The notes under the pieces are model-generated. The model did not search any database and had not been told where the DNA came from. It was given only the letters and a program-made list of their open reading frames with translations. This document shows positions 30,255 to 39,664 of a stretch of 64,000 nt of DNA, piece after piece. The position numbers were made by a program, and so were the translations under genes. The first letter of the stretch is position 1. Every line of letters begins with the position of its first letter. This stretch comes from Alphaproteobacteria bacterium. Lineage in GTDB: Bacteria > Pseudomonadota > Alphaproteobacteria > UBA2966. The stretch spans positions 1,504,001-1,568,000 of the forward strand of contig OZ219856.1 in assembly GCA_964291395.2 (NCBI GenBank), in the 5' to 3' direction.

Positions 30255-30866
30255 GTGACCCCCTGGGAGATGAATTTCGATTACATCGAGACCTGTAATT
30301 GCCCACCGAATTGCCCTTGTCCGTTCACCGGTGCGCCCTCCACGGACTATGGCGGCTGTCATCTGATGATGGCCTTTCACGTCATCCGCGGGAACTTCGG
30401 TTCGACGCCGCTCGATGGCCTGAACGCCATTCTCATCGCCGAGGTGCCCGGCAACATGCGGGCGGGCGACTACCGTACCGGCGTTCTTATCGACGAGCGG
30501 GGAAACGCCGATCAGCAGGCCGCGATGAAAGCGATCTTCGGCGGCGCGGCCGGCGGGGTCTTCGAAGGCATCGACGCTCTTACCGTCGAGTGGCTCGGTG
30601 TCGATACGGCGCCCATCGAGTTCAGTACGCGAACACGGCGGGCGTCGGTTCCGGGGATCCTCGAAGTGGAGTATGCGCCGATCAACGGGTTTGCCGGGCG
30701 CATACCGGAACTCAAGAACACGCGGCAGCGCATCGCGCTCGGCGGCAAGCTCAAGTGCGGCCAGTCCAGCGTCTGCCGCTTCAACAACTTCGGACTCGAA
30801 TGGGACAACTCGGGCGGCAATATCTTCTGGGGCCGTTACACCCACACGCACGAGAGCCGGAATTAG
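30255..30866 (+). CDS. DUF1326 domain protein
   Basis: ETCNCPPNCPC...GGC...G.....LDGL...PGNM Cys-rich pattern. Confidence 0.85.
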   Translation: MTPWEMNFDYIETCNCPPNCPCPFTGAPSTDYGGCHLMMAFHVIRGNFGSTPLDGLNAILIAEVPGNMRAGDYRTGVLIDERGNADQQAAMKAIFGGAAGGVFEGIDALTVEWLGVDTAPIEFSTRTRRASVPGILEVEYAPINGFAGRIPELKNTRQRIALGGKLKCGQSSVCRFNNFGLEWDNSGGNIFWGRYTHTHESRN

Positions 30867-30900
30867 CCGAGAGACGACGTAATCCAAGGAAGGCGCTCCC

Positions 30901-31683
30901 GTGAACCGGCTGCTTTCCAACGCCGTGACCAGCGACCGGGCCATCGTCGGTCTCAGCCTGGCCGGCATCACGGCGCTGGGCTGGCTCTATGTGATCGTCG
31001 AGGCGGACAAGATGTCGCGCATGGACGAGAGCATGGCCATGCCGCACATGATGTCTTGGGATGCGAGCTATCTCGGATTCCTGTTCGTCATGTGGTCGAT
31101 CATGATGGTCGCCATGATGGTGCCGTCGGTGACGCCCATGGTGATGATGTTCACGACCGTGAACCGCAAGCGTCGGGAATCGGACCGCACCGACCTCGTC
31201 CCGGTCGGTGTGTTCGCGTCGGGCTACCTCATCGCCTGGATGGTGTTCAGTGCGGCTGCGGCGGTCGCGCAGTGGACCCTGCACGCCGCGGCGCTCGTCT
31301 CACCGATGATGACCAGCAGCAGCGCGATCCTCGGGGGTGTCCTGTTGATCGCCGGCGGCATCTATCAGTGGACGCCGCTGAAGTACGCCTGTCTCATCCA
31401 TTGCCGGACTCCGATGTCGTTCCTCATGACGTCCTGGCGGCCGGGCCGGACGGGCGCGCTCGTCATGGGGTTGCACCACGGCTCGTTTTGCGTGGGGTGT
31501 TGCTGGGTTCTGATGGCGCTCCTGTTCGTCGCGGGCGTGATGAACGTGTTGTGGGTTGCGGCCATTGCGGCCTTCGTGTTCATCGAGAAAGTCGCGCCAC
31601 GGGGCGACCTTCTCGGGCGGGTAGCCGGCGTCCTGCTCGTGGCCGCAGGAACCTGGGTGATCCACCAGGGCACGACGTGGTGA
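30901..31683 (+). CDS. DUF2182 metal-binding integral membrane protein
   Basis: MW..MMVAMMVPS, YQWTPLKYACL..CR.P, CVGCCWVLM, EK. Confidence 0.9.
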   Translation: MNRLLSNAVTSDRAIVGLSLAGITALGWLYVIVEADKMSRMDESMAMPHMMSWDASYLGFLFVMWSIMMVAMMVPSVTPMVMMFTTVNRKRRESDRTDLVPVGVFASGYLIAWMVFSAAAAVAQWTLHAAALVSPMMTSSSAILGGVLLIAGGIYQWTPLKYACLIHCRTPMSFLMTSWRPGRTGALVMGLHHGSFCVGCCWVLMALLFVAGVMNVLWVAAIAAFVFIEKVAPRGDLLGRVAGVLLVAAGTWVIHQGTTW

Positions 31684-31704
31684 GCGGTTGACGCTCCCCG
31701 TTCA

Positions 31705-32445
31705 CTAGAAGAACGTCGCGGAGATCCCGACCGCCATCAACAGCGCCAGCGCCACGCGCCGGTAGGTGGTATCCGCCGTCCGGCGGAACACCCGCGCGCC
31801 AACCCAGAGGGCCGCGCCGTAGGGGACTATCAACACCACGCAGCGGACCACGGTATCGACGCCGACGGCGCCGCCGATCGCCAACGGCACGACGACCAGG
31901 GCCCCGATCAGCAGCATCGAGAACAGGATATTGGCCCGCTGTACCCGGGACGACGCCTCGGCCGAGAGGAAATAGAGGCTGACGAAGGGTCCGCCGAGAC
32001 CCACATATCCATTCATGCCGCCGCCGACGATGCCGGCCAGGAACCCCGTGAGGCGGTTCCGCGGGCCGGTATAGGTCCAGCCGAACAGCATCGATACGGC
32101 GGCGAACAGCACGACGACGCCCATCACGCGGCGAATGACCTCGGGATCGCCGACGAGCAGGAAATAGGCACCGACGGGCGACGCGATGATCGCGGCGATC
32201 AACAGCGGCCCCACCTCCCGCCATCGGATATGAGGCCGCACCGAAGGCAGCGTCTGCCAGGCCGCGAACAGGGGGATCGCGTTGGCGATGATGACGCCCT
32301 CCGTGGGCCAGTAGATGATCGCCAGGAGAGGCGTCATGATCAGGCCGCCGCCAAACCCTGCAAACCCGTACATGAACCCGCCAGCGAGGGCGAGCAAGGC
32401 GGCCAGCCCGAAGTCCACCGTCGAGAGAGGCGCGAGCAGCTCCAT
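31705..32445 (-). CDS. TauE/SafE family protein
   Basis: YGFAGFGGGL, GLGGP, QRAN. Confidence 0.85.
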   Translation of the reverse strand: MELLAPLSTVDFGLAALLALAGGFMYGFAGFGGGLIMTPLLAIIYWPTEGVIIANAIPLFAAWQTLPSVRPHIRWREVGPLLIAAIIASPVGAYFLLVGDPEVIRRVMGVVVLFAAVSMLFGWTYTGPRNRLTGFLAGIVGGGMNGYVGLGGPFVSLYFLSAEASSRVQRANILFSMLLIGALVVVPLAIGGAVGVDTVVRCVVLIVPYGAALWVGARVFRRTADTTYRRVALALLMAVGISATFF

Positions 32446-32446
32446 G

Positions 32447-33202
32447 TCAGGCAAGGATCGTCAACACGGCGACGACCATGACGAGGCCCAGGACGACCCG
32501 GCGGAACCATTCCGCCGTCGATGCCTTGAAGAACCGCGCCCCCAGCCAGATGGTCGCGGCAAAGGGCAGGAACAGAACGGCGGCCCGGACGGCGAGCTCG
32601 ATCGTGACGACGCCGGCAAACGTCAGGACGATCAGGTTGAACAGCGCCATCGAGCTGCCGACGACGATGATGTTGGCCCGTTGAACCGCGGGCGGCTGCC
32701 GGGCCGAGATGAAATAGAGCGCGACGAGCAACCTCCCCAATCCGGTGGCGCCGGCGACCGCGCCGGAAAGCGCGCCGGCCACGACGTTGACGCCGAAACC
32801 GCGCGGCCCGGTGTAGGTTACGCCGCGAAACGTCAGAATCGACAGGACCAGGACCACGATTCCGATGACTTGCCGCATGGCGTGCTGATCCATCGTCAGC
32901 AATACGTAGCTGCCCAGGGGAACGGCCAGGATCGCGACCGCCGCCATCGGCAGGGTCTCGCGCCAGAGGGTATGTCGGGTGGCGGGCGGGAACAGCATCG
33001 ACGATCCGAGCGTTCCCATGATCATCAACAGCGCGACGGCTTCGCGCGGGCTGTAGATCAGAGACAGCAGCGCGACGAAAATCAGCCCCGTGCCGAACCC
33101 GGAGAAGCCCAACACGACTCCGCCGACAAGAACGACCCCGAGGGCAAGGGCGAGCCTGACGTCGAACGTGCCGTCGAGAAATGTCGGGTCGAGATCGATG
33201 AT
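32447..33202 (-). CDS. TauE/SafE family protein (5' end lacks a canonical start; ATC candidate)
   Basis: GFSGFGTGL...QRANI. Similarity to the paralogues extends upstream of GTG 33115 to about 33200. Confidence 0.8.
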   Translation of the reverse strand: MIDLDPTFLDGTFDVRLALALGVVLVGGVVLGFSGFGTGLIFVALLSLIYSPREAVALLMIMGTLGSSMLFPPATRHTLWRETLPMAAVAILAVPLGSYVLLTMDQHAMRQVIGIVVLVLSILTFRGVTYTGPRGFGVNVVAGALSGAVAGATGLGRLLVALYFISARQPPAVQRANIIVVGSSMALFNLIVLTFAGVVTIELAVRAAVLFLPFAATIWLGARFFKASTAEWFRRVVLGLVMVVAVLTILA

Positions 33203-33209
33203 CCGGTCC

Positions 33210-33968
33210 TCAGGACACGAGGGTAGCGACGCCCAGTGCCATCACCAGCGTCAGCACGATCTTGCGGTAGAGCGCCCCCGGGGTGACATGGAAAAACCGC
33301 GCCCCGCACCAGGCGGTGATGCCGTACGGCACCATGAGGATCGCGATGCGCGCGGCGAGGTCGGCCACGTACACCCCGCTCAGGGCGAGGATGACCAGGT
33401 TCACGACGGCAACGCCGGTACCGACGACGATGATGTTGGCCCGCTGCATGACCGCGGGGTCGCGCGATGACACCATGTAGAGACCGACGATGAGACCACC
33501 CAGCCCGACCGTGCCGTTCGCCATACCGCTCACGGCGCCGGCGGCCGTGGCGGTCAGGGCGTTGCGAGGCCCGGTGTACGCCGCGCTACGGAACTGGATG
33601 GCCGCGAGAACGAGGACGACGATGCCGATGACGGGGCGCAGGACCGCGGGGTCCGTGGTCTGCAAGAGATAGCTGCCGAACGGCATGACCAGACAGGCGG
33701 TGGTCAGCATCGGTGCCGCCTCCCGCCAGCGGGTATGCGGCATCGCGCCGGGCATCAAAGCGAAGCCGGTGATCGTGACCAGCACCATCTGGATGGCCAC
33801 GGCATGTGTCGGGCTGTAGATCAGCGTCAGCAGCGGCATCAGGACGAGACCCGATCCGAAACCGCCGAAGCCCATGATGACGCCGCCGGCGAACACCGTC
33901 GCCAGCGCGTAGGCAAATTCCCGATCGAACAAACTCAGGAACCAGGCGAGATCCGGGCCGATGGCCAT
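33210..33968 (-). CDS. TauE/SafE family protein
   Basis: GFGGFGSGL..P, GLGG, QRANI. Confidence 0.85.
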   Translation of the reverse strand: MAIGPDLAWFLSLFDREFAYALATVFAGGVIMGFGGFGSGLVLMPLLTLIYSPTHAVAIQMVLVTITGFALMPGAMPHTRWREAAPMLTTACLVMPFGSYLLQTTDPAVLRPVIGIVVLVLAAIQFRSAAYTGPRNALTATAAGAVSGMANGTVGLGGLIVGLYMVSSRDPAVMQRANIIVVGTGVAVVNLVILALSGVYVADLAARIAILMVPYGITAWCGARFFHVTPGALYRKIVLTLVMALGVATLVS

Positions 33969-33971
33969 TCC

Positions 33972-34108
33972 TCAGACAACAAGCGTGATGACGCCGAGCG
34001 TCGCGATGAACGTCGGTACAATGCGCCGGAATACGAGTCCAGGCTCGATCCTGAACACGCGTATGTCGCACCATGCCGTCACCCCGAACGCGACCATGAG
34101 TATGGGCG
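33972..34108 (-). pseudogene. C-terminal relic of a sixth TauE paralogue
   Basis: APILMVAFGVTAWCDIRVFRIEPGLVFRRIVPTFIATLGVITLVV* aligns with the end of the 33210 gene (ILMVPYGITAWCGARFFHVTPGALYRKIVLTLVMALGVATLVS). Confidence 0.75.
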
Positions 34109-35395
34109 CTATTTGGCGAAACCGAACAGTCTCGGGGCCGTCATCGCCACGTCCGGCACGTAGGTGACCAGGAAGAGCACGACGATCTCGACGGCGACGA
34201 ACGGCAAAATCGCCTTCATGACCCGCTCCACGGGGATGGCGCCGACGCTGGCGCCGACGAACAGGCACATGCCGAAGGGCGGCGTCGCCAACCCGATGAT
34301 TACGTTGAGCACGAAGACGATGCCGAAATGGAGCGGATCGATGCCCACCGCCACGGCGATGGGCGCCAGGATGGGCGCGAAGATCAGGATGATCACCGCG
34401 GCATCCAGCACGCTGCCGAGCAGCAACAGGAAGACGTTGATCAGGAGCAGGACGATCAGGGGATTGGTCGTCATGCTGGTGACGATGTTCGCGATCAGCT
34501 GCGGGATCTGGTCCATGGCCACGAGCCAGGCCAGGGGACCGGAGACGGCGACGATGAAGAGCACCGAGGCCGCCAGCACCATGCTCTCCTGAAAGGCCTG
34601 GAGGATGTTCCTGAGATCCAGGGTCCTGTAGAAGAGCACGCCGACGAGCAGGGAGTAGGTCACGGCGACTGCCGCGGCCTCCGTGGGCGTGAAAACGCCC
34701 CCGAAAATCCCGCCGAGAATGATGACCGGGGTCATCAGCGCGGGAATGGAGCGCAGCAGGATGCGGACCAGTTCCGGCCCCGTGTAGGTCACGCGGGTAA
34801 CGCCGAAGTCCCGCTTCCTGCTGATCGAGTAGGCGACGATCATCAGGCCCAGTCCGAGCAGGATGCCGGGGATCATGCCGCCGGCGAACAGGCCGCCGAT
34901 CGAGACCGAGACCACGGTGCCGTAGATGACCATGCCGATGCTCGGCGGGATGATCGGCCCGATCACCGAGGAGGCGGAGGTGACCGCCACGGCGAAGTCG
35001 GCGTCGTAGCCGTTGCGCCGCATGGACGGGATCAGAATCGATCCGAGCGCCGCGGTGTCGGAGACGGCCGACCCGGTAATGCCGGCAAAGAACATGCTGG
35101 CGACGATGTTGACGTGCGCCAGGCCGCCGCGCAGCCGGCCGACGAGCACGTTGCAGAGCGTGATGATGTCGTCGATGATGCCGGCCCGCAGCATCAGGTC
35201 GCCCGCGAGCATGAACAGCGGAATCGCGAGCAGGACGAAGTTGTCGACGGCCTGATAGAGCTGCTGGTAGATCAGGGTCATCGGCACCCGGGCCCAGATC
35301 ATGGCCGTGAACAGCGTCGTGAGGCCAAGCGCAAAGGCGATGGGCACGCCCATGATCAGGAAGAAGACTCCGAAGCCGGCGATATAGAGGCCCAT
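34109..35395 (-). CDS. dctM: TRAP transporter large permease
   Basis: LLAIPLF, GGLAHVN, GPIIPPS, FTPTEAA, IDPLHFG, TPPFG. Confidence 0.95.
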   Translation of the reverse strand: MGLYIAGFGVFFLIMGVPIAFALGLTTLFTAMIWARVPMTLIYQQLYQAVDNFVLLAIPLFMLAGDLMLRAGIIDDIITLCNVLVGRLRGGLAHVNIVASMFFAGITGSAVSDTAALGSILIPSMRRNGYDADFAVAVTSASSVIGPIIPPSIGMVIYGTVVSVSIGGLFAGGMIPGILLGLGLMIVAYSISRKRDFGVTRVTYTGPELVRILLRSIPALMTPVIILGGIFGGVFTPTEAAAVAVTYSLLVGVLFYRTLDLRNILQAFQESMVLAASVLFIVAVSGPLAWLVAMDQIPQLIANIVTSMTTNPLIVLLLINVFLLLLGSVLDAAVIILIFAPILAPIAVAVGIDPLHFGIVFVLNVIIGLATPPFGMCLFVGASVGAIPVERVMKAILPFVAVEIVVLFLVTYVPDVAMTAPRLFGFAK

Positions 35396-35419
35396 TTTCG
35401 TGTCCGACCCGCCGCCCCG

Positions 35420-35949
35420 TCACATCCCGGACTGCCGGTCTCCGGCCGTTCCGGAGGCGCCGAAGACGTCCTCGAGCGTCCCGTGCACGAGGTGAACGAC
35501 CATGATCACGCCGCCCACGAAGGGCCCCAACGCAGGCCAGAAATGGGAAATGCCGGTCCCCGCGCCCGAAAACTTGGCGGCCGCTTCCATCGTCACGACG
35601 CCGTAGCGCAGGAACCATACGAGGAAGAACAGAATCGAAAGCTTGATCGCGATGTCGGCGAATCGCCTCAGCGCGGGCGGATAGGTGTTGACCAGGAACT
35701 CGAACGCGATCAGGGCTTTCCTCTTCAATCCCACGCTGGCGCCCAGGAAGGCGACCCAGACCATCAGCCACCTCGCCACCTCTTCCGGCCAGAGCAGCGA
35801 TGCCTGGGTGACGTAGCGGGAAAAATCGCGACGTCGATCGAAACCAGGATGCCGATGCCGAACAGGATGCAGACCGCCGCCGCCAGACGATCCAGCCAGT
35901 AGCTGACGGTGCCGGTAAAATTCAGGATCGTGCGGGCGATCTCATGCAA
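35420..35949 (-). CDS. dctQ: TRAP transporter small permease, with a 1-bp deletion near 35821
   Basis: MHEIART...VAIF / RYVTQASLLWPEEVARWLMVWVAFLGA; one base missing at the A5 run 35821-35825. Confidence 0.85.
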
Positions 35950-36079
35950 ACCTGACCACCTGGCATTGACCGCAAGAGAAGCGGGGAACGGCCCATAACA
36001 TCCGAGATGTTACAGGCCGCTTTCCCGTTCGATCAAAAGCCTCGAAGGTCGGGCGCCATGCCCGAGAGGCTTCGAAGGA

Positions 36080-37093
36080 CTACTCGCGCAACGCGTTGAT
36101 CTCGTCGATCAAGGATTGCGGAATGATCTTGCCCGCTCCGACGTATTCGTCCCAGACCATCTGACTGGCGGCATCCCAGAGCTTCTGCTCCTCGGCGGTG
36201 GGACGGACCAGCTCAACGCCGGCAGCCTCGATGGCGTCGATCGAGGCCTGATTGTCCGCCTCCAGACCCTGGTCGGTCCACAACTCCGTGTCCCAGCCGG
36301 CCTGGATCACCAGCTCGGTCAGTTCCGGCCCCAGCTTCGCCTCCGCCGACGGGCCCATCATCTTGATCGCGGTGACGTACGACTGCCCCACGAAGGTGTA
36401 ATACTTGATGATTTCCTCGAACTTGGGTTTGACCGTGAAAATCGGCTGATTGTACATGCCGTCGACGACGCCCTGCTGAAGCGCCGTATAGACCTCCGAA
36501 AAGGCGATGGGGATGGCACCGGCGCCCCAGGTCTTGTACAGGGAGACCTCGATCGGCGAGCCCGTCGTGCGCATTTTCAGGCCCTTCATGTCGCTGGGCA
36601 CGCGAACCGGCTTCTTAGTATTGCCGATCTCGCGCGGCCAGCCGCCGTCAATGTTGAACCAGATGACGGTGAGGCCGGTCTCCTTCTTGATCTGATCGAC
36701 GACCCGGTAGCGGACGGGGCTCTGCCACACCCGGCGCATGTGCTTCCAATCCTGGAACAGCCCGGGAAGGTCGCAGAACAACAAGGCATTCGAGACCTCA
36801 CCGAAGTTGCCGGCGCTCGAATGCGCGATGTCGATGCTTCCCGCCAGCGCGGCCTGGGTCAGCTTCTTGTCCGAGCCCAACTGGCTGCTGTGGAAGTACT
36901 GGACTTGACCGATCTTGCCGCCACTTCGCTGTTTCAGGAGCTGCTCGAAGTGGAAGACGCCCTTGTACTCGACCTGTCCCGGCGAGGACGTGTCGCCGAA
37001 GGTCAAGACGATCGGGTCCGCCGCTTGCGCGGTGGCGTGGAACAAAGGTGCAAGTAATAAACCAACGAAAGCGGAGGCCAATAAATTTCTCAT
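36080..37093 (-). CDS. dctP: TRAP transporter substrate-binding protein
   Basis: Signal peptide, SQLG, DMKGLKMR, EVYTALQQGVVDG. Confidence 0.92.
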   Translation of the reverse strand: MRNLLASAFVGLLLAPLFHATAQAADPIVLTFGDTSSPGQVEYKGVFHFEQLLKQRSGGKIGQVQYFHSSQLGSDKKLTQAALAGSIDIAHSSAGNFGEVSNALLFCDLPGLFQDWKHMRRVWQSPVRYRVVDQIKKETGLTVIWFNIDGGWPREIGNTKKPVRVPSDMKGLKMRTTGSPIEVSLYKTWGAGAIPIAFSEVYTALQQGVVDGMYNQPIFTVKPKFEEIIKYYTFVGQSYVTAIKMMGPSAEAKLGPELTELVIQAGWDTELWTDQGLEADNQASIDAIEAAGVELVRPTAEEQKLWDAASQMVWDEYVGAGKIIPQSLIDEINALRE

Positions 37094-37189
37094 GGTAACT
37101 CTCCCTTTCTAGTGTGGTGTCGAAATCTTTGCACACTTCCCCACATGGTTTGTAGTGTTTCATGTGCCGCTGGTGGAGGAGCTCGAGAA

Positions 37190-38110
37190 ATGTCTTTTGA
37201 ACGCGTCGCGGTGACGGGGGGCGCGGGACGGCTCGGCACGCATATCACGGACGCGGTGCCCGCTGGCCGGGCGGTGACCGTCATCGACATCGCCCCGCCG
37301 CCGCGGCCGGACGCCGATTTCGTCGAGGCGGACATTTCGGACCGGGAGGCCCTGACGAAGGCCTTCGCCGGCCACGACGCCGTCATGCACCTGGCGGCTG
37401 TCCCCAACCTGTTCGCGGCGGCGCCGGACGTCATCATGCAGGTCAACGTGCAGGGCACCTGGAACGTGCTTCAGGCCGCAGAGTCGGCGGGCGTCAGGCG
37501 GGTGGTCCTGTGTTCCAGCGATTCCGCGACCGGGTACACCCTCCTCAAGGAGCACATGACGCTGCCCCGGTACCTGCCGCTCGACGAGGCCCACGTCCTA
37601 CGGCCGTCGGACGCCTACGGCCTCAGCAAGCTGCTCGGCGAGGAGGTCGGCAAGAGCTTCGCGCGGCGCGGCAGGCTCGAGGTCGTGGCGCTGAGGCCGC
37701 CGTTCATCCTGTTCGAGGACTTCCACGCCGAAGTCGCGGCGCGGGTGACGGACCCGGAGAACTACGACGGGCCGGTGGCCGGCGCTCCGCGCGCCGCGGG
37801 GGGCGGCCCATGGTTCCACTACGTCGACCCCGAGGACGCCGCGCGGGCGTTCTGGCTAGCCCTGGAACCGGCGGACGTTTCGTTCGACGTGTTCTTCGTC
37901 AGCGCAACGAAGACCTACGCGCCGGCACCGACGCTCCAGATCGTCGAGCGCTTCTTCGGCGAACTGCCGGACGTGATCAAGCCGGAGGTTTATCGTGACA
38001 ACCCCTTCGCGGCGTTGTTCGATCTCGACCGAGCGCGGGACATCCTCGGCTTCGAGGCCCAGGGGACCACCGGCCGCCGACTCGCCGATGAAGCGCTCGG
38101 GTCTCGCTAA
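37190..38110 (+). CDS. NAD-dependent epimerase/dehydratase (uronate dehydrogenase-like)
   Basis: VTGGAGRLG, HLAA, YGLSK; GGAGGA RBS. Confidence 0.88.
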   Translation: MSFERVAVTGGAGRLGTHITDAVPAGRAVTVIDIAPPPRPDADFVEADISDREALTKAFAGHDAVMHLAAVPNLFAAAPDVIMQVNVQGTWNVLQAAESAGVRRVVLCSSDSATGYTLLKEHMTLPRYLPLDEAHVLRPSDAYGLSKLLGEEVGKSFARRGRLEVVALRPPFILFEDFHAEVAARVTDPENYDGPVAGAPRAAGGGPWFHYVDPEDAARAFWLALEPADVSFDVFFVSATKTYAPAPTLQIVERFFGELPDVIKPEVYRDNPFAALFDLDRARDILGFEAQGTTGRRLADEALGSR

Positions 38111-38211
38111 TTCGGCTGGCGCCCGTCGCCGGCGTCTGGCCACGGCGGGGTGGACCCCGTAACCTCATCGTGCCGGCCGCGGCGCGCATGCAACATTCGG
38201 GGAGGGCCGTG

Positions 38212-38514
38212 ATGGCGGATTTCATCATTCGGGCGGATCACTACATCAAGGAGGGCATGCTGGACGACTGGCTCGCGCTGGCCGAGGTGGACGCACGCGA
38301 GGCGGTAAAGGAGCCGGGCTGCAAGCGCTTCGACGTCCTGATCGAACGGGGGTCGACGACCCACGCCATGCTGGTCGAGGTCTACGACAGCGAAGCCGAC
38401 TGGCACGCCCACATGGAGCAACCCTACGTGAAGGCATTCATGGAGGGCGCCGCCGACATGCTCACCGACAAGGTGCGTGTCGAGTTCGACATGCTGTACG
38501 AAGGCGGCACGTAA
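38212..38514 (+). CDS. ABM/LsrG-like putative quinol monooxygenase
   Basis: EPGCKRFDV...EVYDSEADWHAHMEQPY. Confidence 0.85.
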   Translation: MADFIIRADHYIKEGMLDDWLALAEVDAREAVKEPGCKRFDVLIERGSTTHAMLVEVYDSEADWHAHMEQPYVKAFMEGAADMLTDKVRVEFDMLYEGGT

Positions 38515-38572
38515 GTTTCAATTCGGGCTTGAACCGCCACAGCCCTTTCCGGGTCCCGAGTGACGGAAAACC

Positions 38573-39664
38573 CTACGTAACCGTCACCACTTTCCTCTCG
38601 CCGGCGGAGCGGTAAAGGCAATCGAGCACGTTCAAGAGGGCGACATGATCGGCGCCGTCGATGTCGCTGGCACGACCCTCGCGCAGCGCGGTCAGGGCTT
38701 CCTCCATCGGACCGCCGAAGGCGTCCGGGAACCAGGGCATCTCGCTCGTGTACGTCCGCGTCTCCCCGCCGGCCGCGATCGTCAGTTCGTGGGGAGTCGC
38801 GAAGGCCGTTCCCCTGGTGCCGGAGACGATGAAGTGCTCGCCGCTGGGGTGCAGGTGCCAGGCGTCTTTCACGCGGCAGGTCCAGTCCTCCACGACGTTG
38901 GCCACGAGGCTCTCGCCGAAGCCCATGGTCATGACGGCGAAGTTGTCGGCTTTGACGACGAACCCCGGAACGTGGCGATACACCGCGAACACCCAATCGG
39001 GCAGTCCGAACATCCAGATCAGCAGATCGACATGGTGGATGGCCATCTCATAGCCGATCAGCCGGTCCATATGAGAACGCCAGTCGTCCGGGGTCTTCGG
39101 GTTGAGCCCGCGGTTCAGAACCTCCACGACCTGAACGTCGCCGAGCGTGCCGGAGCGGACCGCGTCCCGCAGCTCCCTGAAGGTGGGAACCCAACGCCCG
39201 TTCATCTGCATGAGCAAGCGCACATCCAGGTCGCGCGCCCGGGCAACCAGGCCCCGCGCGGCAACCGAGTCCTCGGCCAGCGGTTTCTGTACCAGCAGGT
39301 GGGGACAGTCCTTGCCGAGGTCGTCGAAGAGCCCGTTGAGAAACGCCGTGTGCACGGGCGATGGCACCGCCACATCCACGAGGTCCGGATTCGCGTCCCG
39401 AAGCGCGGTCAGAAACGCCTCACGGTCGTGGATGGCCCGGGTCGTTCCGCCCGTCCTCTCCACGGCCGCGGCCGCCAGCCGGAGGCGCTCCGGATCGGGA
39501 TCGAAGATCAAGCCGATATCGACGCCGAGGCGCCGGTAGGACGGAATATGCGCGTCCACGACGATGCGGGCGCCGGCGCCGGCGATCGCGATGCGCCCCC
39601 TGCCCTGCCCCCAGCCCACGGACGGCTGCAGCTCGATGGCGTTCGCCCGCGCGCGCTTCGTCAA
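38573..39664 (-). CDS. Gfo/Idh/MocA family oxidoreductase
   Basis: IAIAGAGARI...HIP.Y, VAVP...H, QKPLA, MAIHHVD; TTG start overlaps the upstream TGA. Confidence 0.85.
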   Translation of the reverse strand: MTKRARANAIELQPSVGWGQGRGRIAIAGAGARIVVDAHIPSYRRLGVDIGLIFDPDPERLRLAAAAVERTGGTTRAIHDREAFLTALRDANPDLVDVAVPSPVHTAFLNGLFDDLGKDCPHLLVQKPLAEDSVAARGLVARARDLDVRLLMQMNGRWVPTFRELRDAVRSGTLGDVQVVEVLNRGLNPKTPDDWRSHMDRLIGYEMAIHHVDLLIWMFGLPDWVFAVYRHVPGFVVKADNFAVMTMGFGESLVANVVEDWTCRVKDAWHLHPSGEHFIVSGTRGTAFATPHELTIAAGGETRTYTSEMPWFPDAFGGPMEEALTALREGRASDIDGADHVALLNVLDCLYRSAGERKVVTVT

